A stretch of 63,216 nucleotides of DNA, counting the filler, from Basidiobolus ranarum (taxonomy: Eukaryota), in assembly GCA_040143965.1 (NCBI GenBank). It is 38 parts of 38 records of this genome, joined end to end, with 100 filler letters (N's around TTAATTAATTAA, not from the genome) between each part and the next. Parts side by side here need not be neighbours in the genome. Positions count along the whole stretch, not along the records: positions 1 to 1,574 come from JASJQH010011684.1; positions 1,675 to 3,248 come from JASJQH010011685.1; positions 3,349 to 4,921 come from JASJQH010011686.1; positions 5,022 to 6,594 come from JASJQH010011687.1; positions 6,695 to 8,267 come from JASJQH010011688.1; positions 8,368 to 9,939 come from JASJQH010011689.1; positions 10,040 to 11,611 come from JASJQH010011690.1; 31 more parts are not named here. One strand, given 5' to 3'. Under the pieces are notes generated by a model. The model ran no database searches and was not told where the DNA came from. It worked only from the letters and a program-made list of their open reading frames with translations. Shown here piece by piece: positions 1 through 10,420 of this stretch (the stretch's first letter is position 1; each line of letters begins with the position of its first letter). A program made the translations under genes and the position numbers.

Positions 1-187
1 CTTTGTTACTCCCTCCCACTCCACTTAACAGTGTCTTAGATTCTACTGACTTAACTTTTCTGCTTTGCAACATTCATACAAATACTCCAGATCTCCATAC
101 ATTAGTTAAGACACTACAAAAGTAGTTATGGCTTCTTAGTTTTGTTTGAAATAAAGATTTCACCTTTTGGTGACTGTCTCCCCCTAA
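1..187 (+). mobile_element. 3' end of unclassified retroelement-like family A
   Basis: Homologous to the reverse complement of 5782-5970, 23095-23290 and 56481-56580; ORF end (...HTLVKTLQK*), AATAAAG at 150, TCACC-TTTT-GGTGA hairpin 160-173, CCCCCTAA end. Confidence 0.75.
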
Positions 188-390
188 GGATTGCATCCCC
201 CATACCCCCTGCTTTCTTTTTATACTGAGATGACTGCGTCCCGCAGACCCCTACTTTTCTTCCTTACCCTTCCTTACCCTTACCAGAACATCTATACCCT
301 ACTTTAAATTTGGCTTCTTTGTTTATTTGTGTTGTATTACTTGAGATAAATAAAGATTACACCCTGTGGTGCTTTTCATCTCCCCTAACC
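188..390 (+). mobile_element. 3' end of unclassified retroelement-like family B, stacked directly on A
   Basis: Last ~80 bp match the reverse complement of 6084-6165; AATAAAG, CACC-CTGT-GGTG, ends CCCCTAACC. Confidence 0.7.
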
Positions 391-789
391 CTTATGTGGG
401 AGATCTGGCTGTAGATTTGGTTATGTTGTTACATAAAATCAAGATGGTAGGTACTTAATGAATGCCTTTTACCTTGTCTGATTGGTGTATTACAATGTTG
501 CACTTAGAGTAGATAACTGTCCTTTGAATATGGACATAAGATGGTTAAGGCAATACTAGCATTAATCTCATTACCTTCAAACTTACTAGCACCTCTGTTG
601 AAGGAGTCAATAGAATTGTTTGTACTTTGAAACTTTAGATGGTTCATTGCTTCATGCTTGATATTAAAGAATACAAGGTAATTATATGGAGAGGACAAAT
701 ATATTATTAAGTCACAAATCACATTTCAAATTACACCAAAGACAACATCAGGTTTTCTGGTGAAGGCTGTTGTAGTCCAATATGCTACA

Positions 790-1373
790 AAGGCTGATAT
801 CATCTATTGTCTGTGCTTGATCAAACTTATTCAAATCTGACAGAGCATGGCCTACTTGGGCTGAATTCCCTTGGACCTATTCAGGTAACACTTCTTGATG
901 TAAAGACTAGCCAAGAGTATTTGCTAACTGCATGTTGGAGCAATTTCCATCTTGTTCTCAGAGTCCTGCAGTACAATATACATTCTTGGTGAAATATTAC
1001 TACTTCCAGTTGACCCCAAATCTTCAACTGCTCCTTGGTCAGATTTTACACCACTACCCTCCATTACAAAGCTGGGTCCTGCTGTTTGTAAGTCTATATT
1101 GACTTGTAATTATCTTTAGCCTCAGTCTCTTGGGTTTTCAATTTGTTCAAGTTATAGATCTTGGTAGGCATATAAGATTTGTGACTCTTAGTAGACCTGA
1201 GCATATCACAAATCCAGACAGACATTTGGGCATGATGAGTCAGAGTAGATTTGTGAGCATCATGAGTCTTGGTAGGCATATAAGTTTTATCAGCCTTGAT
1301 AGACCTGGGAGTATCTTGAGTCTTGTTAGACTTGCAAGTATCCTTAGTCTCAGTAGATTTAGGAACATCATGA
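790..1373 (-). pseudogene. Decayed paralog of the low-complexity gene at 7896-8267, with 27-bp (9-aa) internal repeats, cut by an LTR insertion
   Basis: 790-930 aligns with 7990-8130 but has in-frame stops and CG>CA changes; 27-bp periodic repeats at ~1150-1370; flank 391-500 also resembles 7596-7740. Confidence 0.65.
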
Positions 1374-1574
1374 TGTTAAAGTATTTGGGAGCCTGTTGGA
1401 AGTGGTTTGGAGAATTAGAGGAATTGGTAGTTTTCACTTATTGATTTATTGAGTAGAAAGTTAACATTTATAGTTTTGTCAAGATGTAAACAAACTAACA
1501 TGTAGAATATGTTAAGGAAGGTCCCAGGAACATGTGTGCAAAGTTTGGGGCTTCTAGCACAAGTTTGAAAAATC
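1374..1574 (-). repeat. Copia LTR type 1 (partial)
   Basis: Reverse complement of the 3' part of the LTR at 17523-17871, ending ...CAAATACTTTAACA. Confidence 0.9.
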
Positions 1575-1674
1575 NNNNNNNNNNNNNNNNNNNNNNNNNN
1601 NNNNNNNNNNNNNNNNNNTTAATTAATTAANNNNNNNNNNNNNNNNNNNNNNNNNNNNNNNNNNNNNNNNNNNN
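1575..1674. other. Artificial contig linker N44-TTAATTAATTAA-N44 (first of 37; last at 61558-61657)
   Basis: Identical 100-bp spacer with stops in all six frames every ~1.66-1.67 kb; intervening contigs decrease from 1574 to 1559 bp. Confidence 0.99.
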
Positions 1675-1911
1675 CACAGTATGTTCCCTATTCAGTATAT
1701 TATGTTTCACCTTGCAATATCTATATAAGCACCATGTATTCCTTGATCAGACCTCAGTCTGATCAACCCCAGTTATCAATAAAGATTCTTGCCAAAGTAT
1801 CTTCCTTGTCCAGTCTTGTCTTGCCTTGTCTTGTGGTCTACACCCAAGTACTCTCCTGCCTTCTAGCCTCTTGTCATTGTTCCCAGTCCTTGTCCAGTTC
1901 CTTATTGTGAC
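1675..1911 (+). repeat. 3' part of an LTR (probably gypsy-type)
   Basis: TATATAA box, AATAAA, pyrimidine-rich U5-like tract, ends TGTGACA exactly where copia integrase sequence begins. Confidence 0.6.
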
Positions 1912-3084
1912 ACCAGCATAGTTTGGAGTTAAACCCAATGTAAAACATTTGAGGATCTTTAGAGGTATTGCTTATGTCAAATTGTGACCAAAAAATAGTC
2001 TAAATTTGATTCAAAAAGTAAGAAATGGATATTTATGGGTTATTGTACTCAAACTAAGGCATACAGACTGTATGATACCAATAATTCCAAGCAATTCGAG
2101 TCCAGAAATGTTTTGTTTGATGTATATGAAATATTTTTACCCAAAATGATCTCAAATGATGAAGAAAATAGCATTCCTGAGGACCCTTCAACCAAAATTT
2201 GGCCTACTGAAGTGCCCAATACAATGCCAGAAGTTTTAGTACCTTTATCCCAAACCAGGAGATCAAATTGGAGCATAAATAGCCCTGATCACTATATCAA
2301 TGAATCCCAAAGTTAGGCCTATGCCTGCACAGCTTGAGTACATGAACCCCCAGCTGTAAAAGAGGCCCTGAATTGCCCTCACACAAAATTTTGGAGACAT
2401 GCAATGGCTGATTAGTACAAGGCTTTGGTTGATGATCACACTTTGATTTTAACCAATTTACATGATGATAGAAAATCAATTGGCTGCCCATGGGTGTCTA
2501 TTGTTAAATACAACTCCGATAGCAATACAGAAAGGTATAAGGCTGGATTAGTAGCCAAAGGCTATTCCCAAGCACCAGGAATTGATTATGCACAAGCTTT
2601 TGCTCCTGTAGCAAAGTTTAATTGATTACATTGATTTTAGCAATTATAGCCAAATATCAGCTTTTTACACATCAAATAGATGTTGAAACTGCATTCTTGA
2701 AGGGGGAGCTTGCTAAGGAGATCTATGTAGACCAGCCAGATGAATTAGTGGACCCAGAAAGCCCTACAAAAGCTTGCAGACTATGGAAAATACTCTGGGA
2801 CTTAAAATTGTCTCCAAGAGCTTAGAATATCAAGATAGATGTTTTTTTGAAAACACTCATATTTGAAAAGTGTAATGCTGACTATAGTTTCTACTCCAGG
2901 CCAGACAACTCTAATCCAGTTTTATTAGCCTTATATGTATATGACCATATGATAGTAAGCAATCACTTTAAGACTTTGGAGAAAACCAAATCCAGGTTAT
3001 GTGCCAGATTCAAAATGACTGATCTTGGTGAACTGACATACTATCTTGGAATCCAAATCAAGATTGATAGAACTAAGAATCCAT
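1912..3084 (+). mobile_element. Degenerate Ty1/copia integrase C-terminus and reverse transcriptase
   Basis: Motifs [44 protein letters not shown] with stops and frameshifts; same family as 18395-19964. Confidence 0.95.
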
Positions 3085-3248
3085 AATTTGCAAAGAAATG
3101 GGTTTGTTTTGTTGAAGTATGATAAGAGTTGTTGTAAGCTAATTCAGCAAGGGGCAAGAGTTGTGTCCAATTATCCAGATTATAGTTGATAGTGCATTGC
3201 AAATATTGTTCCAAAACTTGATTGCCTCTTTCTGTTTGGCCATCAGAT
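3085..3248 (-). mobile_element. Ty3/gypsy integrase fragment
   Basis: Manual translation [51 protein letters not shown], a typical gypsy rve C-terminal motif. Confidence 0.9.
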
Positions 3249-3459
3249 NNNNNNNNNNNNNNNNNNNNNNNNNNNNNNNNNNNNNNNNNNNNTTAATTAA
3301 TTAANNNNNNNNNNNNNNNNNNNNNNNNNNNNNNNNNNNNNNNNNNNNTAGGGATTGGCTCGTTTAAGAATATTTCTAAGGTCGGACATTTCGGCGACAA
3401 AAGAGGATTGGCCTTTGAGAATATTATCTTCGCTAAGGATGCGAGTCATGAGAGATTTG

Positions 3460-3647
3460 GTAGAATGTGTTAAGGAAGGCTTCAGCAACATGGGACTTCT
3501 AGCACAAGTTTGAAAAACCTATATATCTGAGAGCTTCGAAGTAAATTCCTCTTGAGAATAGTTCGTGATAACTTAGTTCAATATGGAATAACTAAATACT
3601 AAGCTATATATGACTATACAGGTGTTTAGACTATGTTAATTTCAACA
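3460..3647 (-). repeat. Copia LTR type 1-related fragment
   Basis: TAGAATGTGTTAAGGAAGG...CTAGCACAAGTTTGAAAA...TTTCAACA matches the 5' half of LTR1 in reverse. Confidence 0.8.
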
Positions 3648-4674
3648 ATATCAATATGGTCCTGGAAAATGGGTTCCTTAAACTGGAGGTAAAAGGAGTA
3701 GAAGTCCACTAATGATTTAAGCAAGCTAGTCATAACATTGTCTTGTATTTTCCTAGTGTTACACTAGCGCCCATGGCTTCTACTGAACAAAGATATAAAT
3801 AATAATAAGGGAAATATGCTTTGTGTGCTAGACCTCAAACATGCTAACTAGGATGAAGCTTTACATTTCAATAATGAATATTTACAGTTGTGGCAAAAAA
3901 TAGAGTATCTATCTCCTATATTCTTTCATATGCAGGCATTTAAATGTTAACATATCATGCTTAACACTCAATATTTCACAAATCAGAATCGTAACATACA
4001 CTGAACATATCAGAAATATTTACTTTCCAAATGTTCCCCTCCCCTATATTCTAAGTACCCCAGGAATATATCACTGTTGTTGCTTTTCTTCATTTTTGAC
4101 ATAAATACTAACTTTCAACTCAATATAGCAGTAGGTTACCTTAAACAACTCCAATTCATCCCAGATATTTATACTGGCATGGATCAGATATTATTTTGAG
4201 TAAGTTAAGACCTCATTGTATTTAATTGAATCTTATGGCCATACATCTAACTCAAAACCATATGCCTCGAAGTTTGAATATATTGTGTCATTGATCAATT
4301 CCATGAATTGGTGGTAAGCCACGATTCTCTTAATAGATGTTTTTATGTTGAAAAAGTTATTGTGGAATGGAGTAGGTTAAATGCGTAATAAAGCTAAGAA
4401 AATTTATGAGAATTTCACCATCACGAGACATCCAGAGTCACCAGGTAACTATTAATATATAAACATTCTGAATGAGTATCAGAGCTTCAACATAAGGGTA
4501 GTGAATTTGACTATAGGTAATTGCATAAAATCTCATCAAGTCATACTCTACACTTACCAAAAACTCAAAGTTTGGATTTCTTCTTATCTTCCACCTAGTG
4601 CAGTTGCTTTTTCAGATTTTACATACAATTTTCTGCTGGTATTTTGATCTCAGCTTGAGGTTTTTGTTGATGTA

Positions 4675-4921
4675 TGTTAAAGTATTTTTGGAGTTTGTTG
4701 GAAGTGGTTTTTTGAACTAGAGAAATTGGTGGTTTTCACTTGTTGATTTATTGAGTAGAAAGTTGATATTTATAGTTTTGGCATGATGTAAAAAAACTAA
4801 CGTGTTGAATGCAAACTAAAACATAGAGTGTGTTAAGAAAGGTCCCAGGAACACGTGTGTAAAGTTTGGGGCTTCTAGCACAAGTTTGAAAAATCTATAT
4901 ATCTGAGAACTTATAAGTAAA
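4675..4921 (-). repeat. Copia LTR type 1 (partial)
   Basis: Close match to 1374-1574, with a small internal insertion. Confidence 0.9.
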
Positions 4922-5142
4922 NNNNNNNNNNNNNNNNNNNNNNNNNNNNNNNNNNNNNNNNNNNNTTAATTAATTAANNNNNNNNNNNNNNNNNNNNNNN
5001 NNNNNNNNNNNNNNNNNNNNNCTGTATACTTATATTACAAAATAAGCTCAATCATTAAGTCTAGAGATGGTTCCTCAAGGTAGCTATCATGGTAGCACCG
5101 TATCCAACCAAGTTTAACGTTGTATGGGCATAATTCCGATTT

Positions 5143-5150
5143 CTATAAAA
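5143..5150 (+). promoter_or_regulatory. TATA box of the peptide gene
   Basis: CTATAAAA ~65 bp upstream of ATG 5215, followed by a CT-rich leader. Confidence 0.6.
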
Positions 5151-5214
5151 GATCAAGTTTCAAACGCTCCAAATACATCAAAAATATCTCTACTCTATCT
5201 CTGCCTTTTGAAAG

Positions 5215-5403
5215 ATGAAACTCTCCGTCGCCGCTCTCCTAGCTACATTCGCCATGGTTACCTTGACTGCACAGGCTAATCCCGTTCCGGCAGAAGCTGA
5301 AGTTCGTCGTAGCAGTGGTACTATCGAAGCTCGTGCTTGCTGTCAGATGTGGGGTTGTGGCCCCGATGGAAATAGATGTTGCTCGTGGAGTTCTTGCAAC
5401 TAA
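5215..5403 (+). CDS. Small secreted cysteine-rich prepropeptide (62 aa)
   Basis: Signal peptide MKLSVAALLATFAMVTLTAQA, pro-region with RR and IEAR, mature ACCQMWGCGPDGNRCCSWSSCN (6 Cys); biased codons, CpG retained, TATA upstream, AATAAA at ~5411 and ~5445. Confidence 0.9.
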   Translation: MKLSVAALLATFAMVTLTAQANPVPAEAEVRRSSGTIEARACCQMWGCGPDGNRCCSWSSCN

Positions 5404-5781
5404 GGAATTGAATAAATGCTAGTACACTTTCTTTGTCTACGCTAAATAAAGAATTATTCCGGCATCAGGCCAGTGCCATATATTTAACATTTTGATGGAA
5501 TTACTACAGCATTATAATAAGTATTACAGCTTGTTAAAAGCGATATTATCATTGTAGCTCATAACTTTTGAAACTTGCTGTGAATGCTGCGATATAGTTA
5601 TTTGAAGAATGATTGCACAAAAGGTGAATTAGATACGAATCATAAAGTATAAGAGTTCATATTAAAAGTTTTTTTATTAATGCTATGGTATATTACAAGG
5701 TAGCATGTATGAAGTACAGATGCATTGTTATCACAGTATTGAACTTTCTTTCAGATATATATACCATCTGCAAAAAAATAA

Positions 5782-6087
5782 GGTCAGGGGGCGACAGTCA
5801 CCAACAGGTGAAGTCTTTATTTCAAACAAAACAAAGAAGTCATAACTACTTTTGCAGTTTCTTAATTAAAGTGTGAAGTTCTGGAGTATTGGTGTGAATG
5901 TTGCAAAGTAGAAAACTTAATTCAGTAAAGTCTAAGACACTATTAAGTGGAGTAGGAGGGAGTAATAAAGGTAAAAATGGTGTGTCAACAATAGAAATTA
6001 GTGGAATGAGACTAGGATTAACATCAAGCATAAAGGGAGTATGTTTCTGAAGATATTGCTGCCAAAGGTCCACCAAGTATTCCTTAG
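5782..6087 (-). mobile_element. Family A element, 5'-truncated
   Basis: Carries ORF end 5846-6076 (...PPTPLNSVLDFTELSFLLCNIHTNTPELHTLIKKLQK*), hairpin TCACC-TGTT-GGTGA, end CCCCCTGACC. Confidence 0.75.
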
Positions 6088-6448
6088 GGGGGGTTGAAAA
6101 GCACCAGAATGTGTAATCTTTAATTATCTCAAGTCATACAACACAAATAAATAAAGAAGTCAAGATGAAAGTAAAAGTCAAAGGTTAATCTAACTAAGAC
6201 CTGTTTAGTGCAGCTTCCCAGACCTCTTGATATAAGATAAAAGTTTGGGGATGGAGAACCTTAGCCTGGGAAATGTAGAAGTCTTTCATAAATTTTGTAA
6301 TAAGTAGAGGGGGAATTTCTTAGAAGTGAAGTAAATCTTTTAAGTAGAGTGTCCTTTAAAGAAAAGAGAACATAAAGTGAGGTACCAGCATGTTCTTTGA
6401 AGTAATAATCAATTGGCTCCCAATCAAGCCTATCATGTACTTCATCAG
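6084..6448 (-). mobile_element. Family B element joined to the truncated 5' end of A; interrupted by LTR2
   Basis: 3' end matches 310-390; upstream ORF remnant DEVHDRLDWEPIDYYFKEHAG...; junction CCCCCCTAA|GGAATAC on the minus strand. Confidence 0.7.
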
Positions 6449-6594
6449 TGTTGAAGTTTATTGTCTTTATCATATTTGTTATCTCTATCTTTATACACCT
6501 AACTATTTCATATATCACATATAAGTTAGTTAACATTACTTAGTCAAATATCACTTGGCTGAAAATTGGAACATATATTATATATATATGTGAA
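6449..6594 (+). repeat. Copia LTR type 2 (5' part)
   Basis: Starts TGTTGAAGTTTATTGTC; reverse complement of 8740-8885. Confidence 0.9.
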
Positions 6595-7895
6595 NNNNNN
6601 NNNNNNNNNNNNNNNNNNNNNNNNNNNNNNNNNNNNNNTTAATTAATTAANNNNNNNNNNNNNNNNNNNNNNNNNNNNNNNNNNNNNNNNNNNNTAGGAT
6701 ATTAATGAGCTCAAAAGATTTTCCGACTATTTTTTTTTCACCAACTTTTTCCGAAATCGGTACTATAAAAGAGACGGGTTTGCATCAATGAAAAATTACG
6801 ACTGTACTTTACAGGATTATGTATATAGTACATTCCCAGTCTTTGTTTCCCAACAAAGACACTAATACCAAGCTGGTGGATGAGTAGTAGTGCGCTGTCC
6901 GTAAAGGGAAGTGTGGAATTGACTCGTTTGGTTCTTCGGAACCTCTGAGTATTTCCAGTTGATGATCTTGCCGGTTGATTATTCCAACAACCAGGCGAGG
7001 ACGGTTTGCACATTCTGACAGCTAGTAATTCTCTTAATATCAAAAAACAATTTTCAAATCAATTGAGACATACAAATATATCCTTTCAAAATACGCTATA
7101 TTTTTCAGTTTAACAATTACTGCTTCCACTGCGAAAGATTATTCTCTAGCTGGACTTGGATTCAACAACTTCTCCTTGTCGAGGTGCAACGCTCCACTAT
7201 AACCCCACCAAAAAGATCAGGCTTGGTTAATACTTTACGCCAAAACTTTCTTGCTTGTTGAAACTCGCATCATTCAAATTTTCATGGTTTTTAGTATCGG
7301 AAACAAAAACTGGATATTGCTGCTTTTTCGGATTAAAGAACGAATATCAAGTAAAGCTGATACAATTAGTAAGGCGGATGACTAATTAAAGTTAATACCA
7401 AAATTGTCAGTACCGACTGTCAAAATGACTCGTGCTACGTTGATTCAAGTATGTTACTCGAAAGGTGCTCACAGGAATGGCACAACTTCACGTAGAGACT
7501 ATCTTCATTGTCAATGTGACCCTCGTTATTAGATATATATGTACGGCGAATTTGCTTAATGTTTAAGATTATGGGATTGCATTGTACAAGTATGCTTATG
7601 TGAGAGATCTGACAGTAGATCAGGCTTTGTAAATATAAATTATCTCGATAGAAAGTAAAGAAATATTTGATTATTGTTATTCATTGAAGCATTCATTAAA
7701 TGCTCAATTACGTTATCTGATTGGTGTCCTATGCCATCGCATTTGGAATAGACTAGTGCCATTTTAGCGCGTTTGTTCTGCCTAATCATTGTTTAGACGA
7801 AGTTAACACTATTGTTGACCATTACATGGTTTATTTTTTAATGAGTGATATTAATGAATATATACTAATTATATAATGTATTGCTAATCCTATCT

Positions 7896-8267
7896 TTAGT
7901 TACACCTGCCGCACCTTGAGCCGGAGGATGAGGGCTCTTCCGGCTCTTCTGGCGAAGAAGGTTGTTCTTGTTCGATGGGCTGCGAAGGCTGATATAATGT
8001 TTGATCTATTGTCTGTGCTTGATCAAACTGATTCGAATCGGACAGAGCATGGCCTGCTTGTGCTGAACTCCCTTGGACCTGATCAGGTAACGCTTGCTGA
8101 GGTAAAGATTGACCAAGAGTATTTGCTAACTGTGAAGGGAGATGGAAGGGTTTATTATCTGCTGAGCCTATATTATTTATTCCTTGTGCATCGTTACTCT
8201 CGTTGTTGAACCCTGAACCTGATGCTTGAGACGGTAAAGCATCTTCAGAGCTAAAACCATCCACAGG
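7896..8267 (-). CDS. C-terminal part of a Q/S/E-rich low-complexity protein ending ...SRCGRCN (5' end missing)
   Basis: Open to the contig edge, CpG retained, stop followed by AT-rich UTR; decayed paralog in contig 1. Confidence 0.6.
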   Translation of the reverse strand, partial: PVDGFSSEDALPSQASGSGFNNESNDAQGINNIGSADNKPFHLPSQLANTLGQSLPQQALPDQVQGSSAQAGHALSDSNQFDQAQTIDQTLYQPSQPIEQEQPSSPEEPEEPSSSGSRCGRCN

Positions 8268-8367
8268 NNNNNNNNNNNNNNNNNNNNNNNNNNNNNNNNN
8301 NNNNNNNNNNNTTAATTAATTAANNNNNNNNNNNNNNNNNNNNNNNNNNNNNNNNNNNNNNNNNNNN

Positions 8368-8885
8368 CCCTATCCTCCAGCATGATTTGCATTTTGAACT
8401 TCCAGAAATTGTAATTTTCTCCATCAAGCTTTTCAACACTTGAGTTAATAAAAGTGGTAGTAGTGGTTTCTGTCATGCTGTAAAGGTTAGAACACGGGGC
8501 TCATAACCTATTGGGAAAAAATGGGCTATTTGGAGGAACTTTAGAAAAGTGGAGTAGTGCGTAGCTTTGTGATATAATTGTTTATTATCCAGAAATAAAG
8601 CATTTATACTTTTTGGTGGAAAAGCAGAAAACTAACACTGGGGTTATATTCAAAACATCTGTGTGAGTAAAATGAGCTATCTTTGGGGCAATTGGGACAA
8701 GTTTGAAATTTTCAATATGGAATTGCCAATTCTCACATTATTCACATATATATATAATATATGTTCCAATTTTCAGCTAAGTGATATTTGACTTAGTAAT
8801 GTTAACTAACCTTTAAGTGATCTATGAGATAGTTAGGTGTACAAACATAGAGATAACAAATAAGATAAGACAATAAACTTCAACA
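8368..8885 (-). mobile_element. 5' end of a copia element: LTR2 (8509-8885), PBS (8497-8508), gag start
   Basis: LTR TGTTG...CCAATA directly followed by GGTTATGAGCCC, then MTETTTTTFINSSVEKLDGENYNFWKFKMQIMLEDR (copia gag N-terminal motif). Confidence 0.92.
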
Positions 8886-9230
8886 AAGAAATACTGAAGG
8901 AGCAAGAAGTTAGTAAACCTAAGGTGAAAGCAAAGGAGCCAGCAAATTTAGGCTCTACTGTCCCACTTACCAAAGTCTGCACACCATTATAAAGTTCTTC
9001 ATTTTCAGGGTCAGATATACTGGTGAAAAAGCTTAATTTCAACATGGAACAAGGTTCAACAGTTGGAACCGTTCTAAATTTGGAAGTTTATCCAACACCT
9101 GGCACCTGTCAACAAGCCAAACAACCAGCAAATAAACCTCACAGCTCTCCAACCTCAACTGTTAATTTCACAGTGTTGAAAATAGCCCCAAACTTAAAGG
9201 CAAGCAACTAGCCACACAAATACCATAAAG
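8886..9230 (+). mobile_element. Fragment of CACTA-like ORF2 (target of two copia insertions)
   Basis: Aligns with 21240-21590. Confidence 0.8.
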
Positions 9231-9798
9231 TGTTGAAATTAGCTTTACCAAAACACCTATATAGTCATATATAGCTCAGTACTTAGTTATCTTATAGTGC
9301 ACTAAGATATTATTCTTATTCTCAATTGGAATTAACTTGGAATATATTTACCTACTTAGAAGTTCTGTGATAAATAGATTTTTCAACTAGTGCTAGAAGC
9401 CCCAAACTTTGCACACATGTTTCTGGTACCAACCTTGACAAATTCTACACATTAGTTTGTTTACATCTTGACAAAACTGTAAATGTCAACTTTGTACTCA
9501 ATAAAGCAATAAGTGAAAAACATCAATTCCTCTAATTCTCCAAATCACTGGAAACAGGCTGCCAAATACTTTAACAGGTTATGACCCCCAAGCTTATACT
9601 CTCTGTGATGTCTACTTCTCAAACCCTTGGAACTTTTTCCACTTCTGAAAAATTGGATGAAACCAATCATCAAGTTTGGAAAATTAATATGAAAATGCTG
9701 CTGTAAGAAAAAGTACTTTGGGACACTGTTATAGGAGAAGAAAACAATGCAAAACTGTCCAAAACCAAAGTTTTACTCCAGGTCAAAAAAGAACAAAG
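9231..9798 (+). mobile_element. 5' end of a copia element: LTR1 (9231-9576), PBS (9577-9588), decayed gag
   Basis: TGTTGAAATT...TTTAACA then GGTTATGACCCC; EKLDETNHQVWKINMKM. Confidence 0.92.
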
Positions 9799-9939
9799 TG
9801 TCATGATTCTGATATTGGCATACTGATACACTACAAATAGAACTCCTCTATTATTAGATTATGACATCATATCTGCTGTGCCATCCCTTCTTGGCAATCT
9901 GGTGTCAGTTCATCCAGATTACCTTCTATGGAAGTCATG
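9799..9939 (+). repeat. 5' start of another LTR inserted in gag
   Basis: Gag homology stops abruptly at TGTCATGA, an LTR-like terminus that is a near inverted repeat of the ...TGTGACA end at 1911. Confidence 0.45.
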
Positions 9940-10040
9940 NNNNNNNNNNNNNNNNNNNNNNNNNNNNNNNNNNNNNNNNNNNNTTAATTAATTAANNNNN
10001 NNNNNNNNNNNNNNNNNNNNNNNNNNNNNNNNNNNNNNNA

Positions 10041-10420
10041 CACTTTGATGGCAGAGGAGAGCCTCTATTTATTAGTGGCACCAGGGATGAGGAAAGCAAT
10101 TGTTACGAGTTATACCAGACAAAGCAGAATGGAGACAAGGTGGTTGATATCAGGCTTGCTGAGAATGGGCATAGTAACTTGCAACTTGGTGGCAACAAAT
10201 GGATTGCTTCGGTCAGATTTTTGTTTGCTAGTGCGTATTAATCAACATACTAACCAACCTCCATTTTGGTTTATTTGTGTGTTAACCTTTACACTAACTT
10301 TATACAATCATTAATGTAATTGTTTTCCTTTCTAGGGAACTCTTTGAGAGAACCCATCCCAGCCTTTAAGCTGCACACTGAACCAAGCTTCCTTCTTTCC
10401 AGCTGGAGGTATGGCATAAA
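10041..10420 (+). CDS. Possible spliced 3' exons of an unidentified gene
   Basis: Open frame HFDGRGEPLFISGTRDEE...GGNKWIASVRFLFA, then GTGCGT donor (10231), CTAAC branch-like motifs and TTTCTAG acceptor (~10335). No family recognised. Confidence 0.35.

Noticed and set aside
160-187. Helitron 3' end (hairpin followed by CTRR)
   Set aside because: Not preferred: junctions with identifiable targets fall after CTAACC and before C rather than CTRR|T, and copies are 5'-truncated and stacked. Not fully excluded.
259-284. CTTCCTTACCCTTCCTTACCCTTACC telomere-like tract
   Set aside because: Too short and not TTAGGG-type; can be explained by local slippage.
6738-7043. 101-aa minus-strand ORF
   Set aside because: Non-ATG start, no motif and no codon bias.
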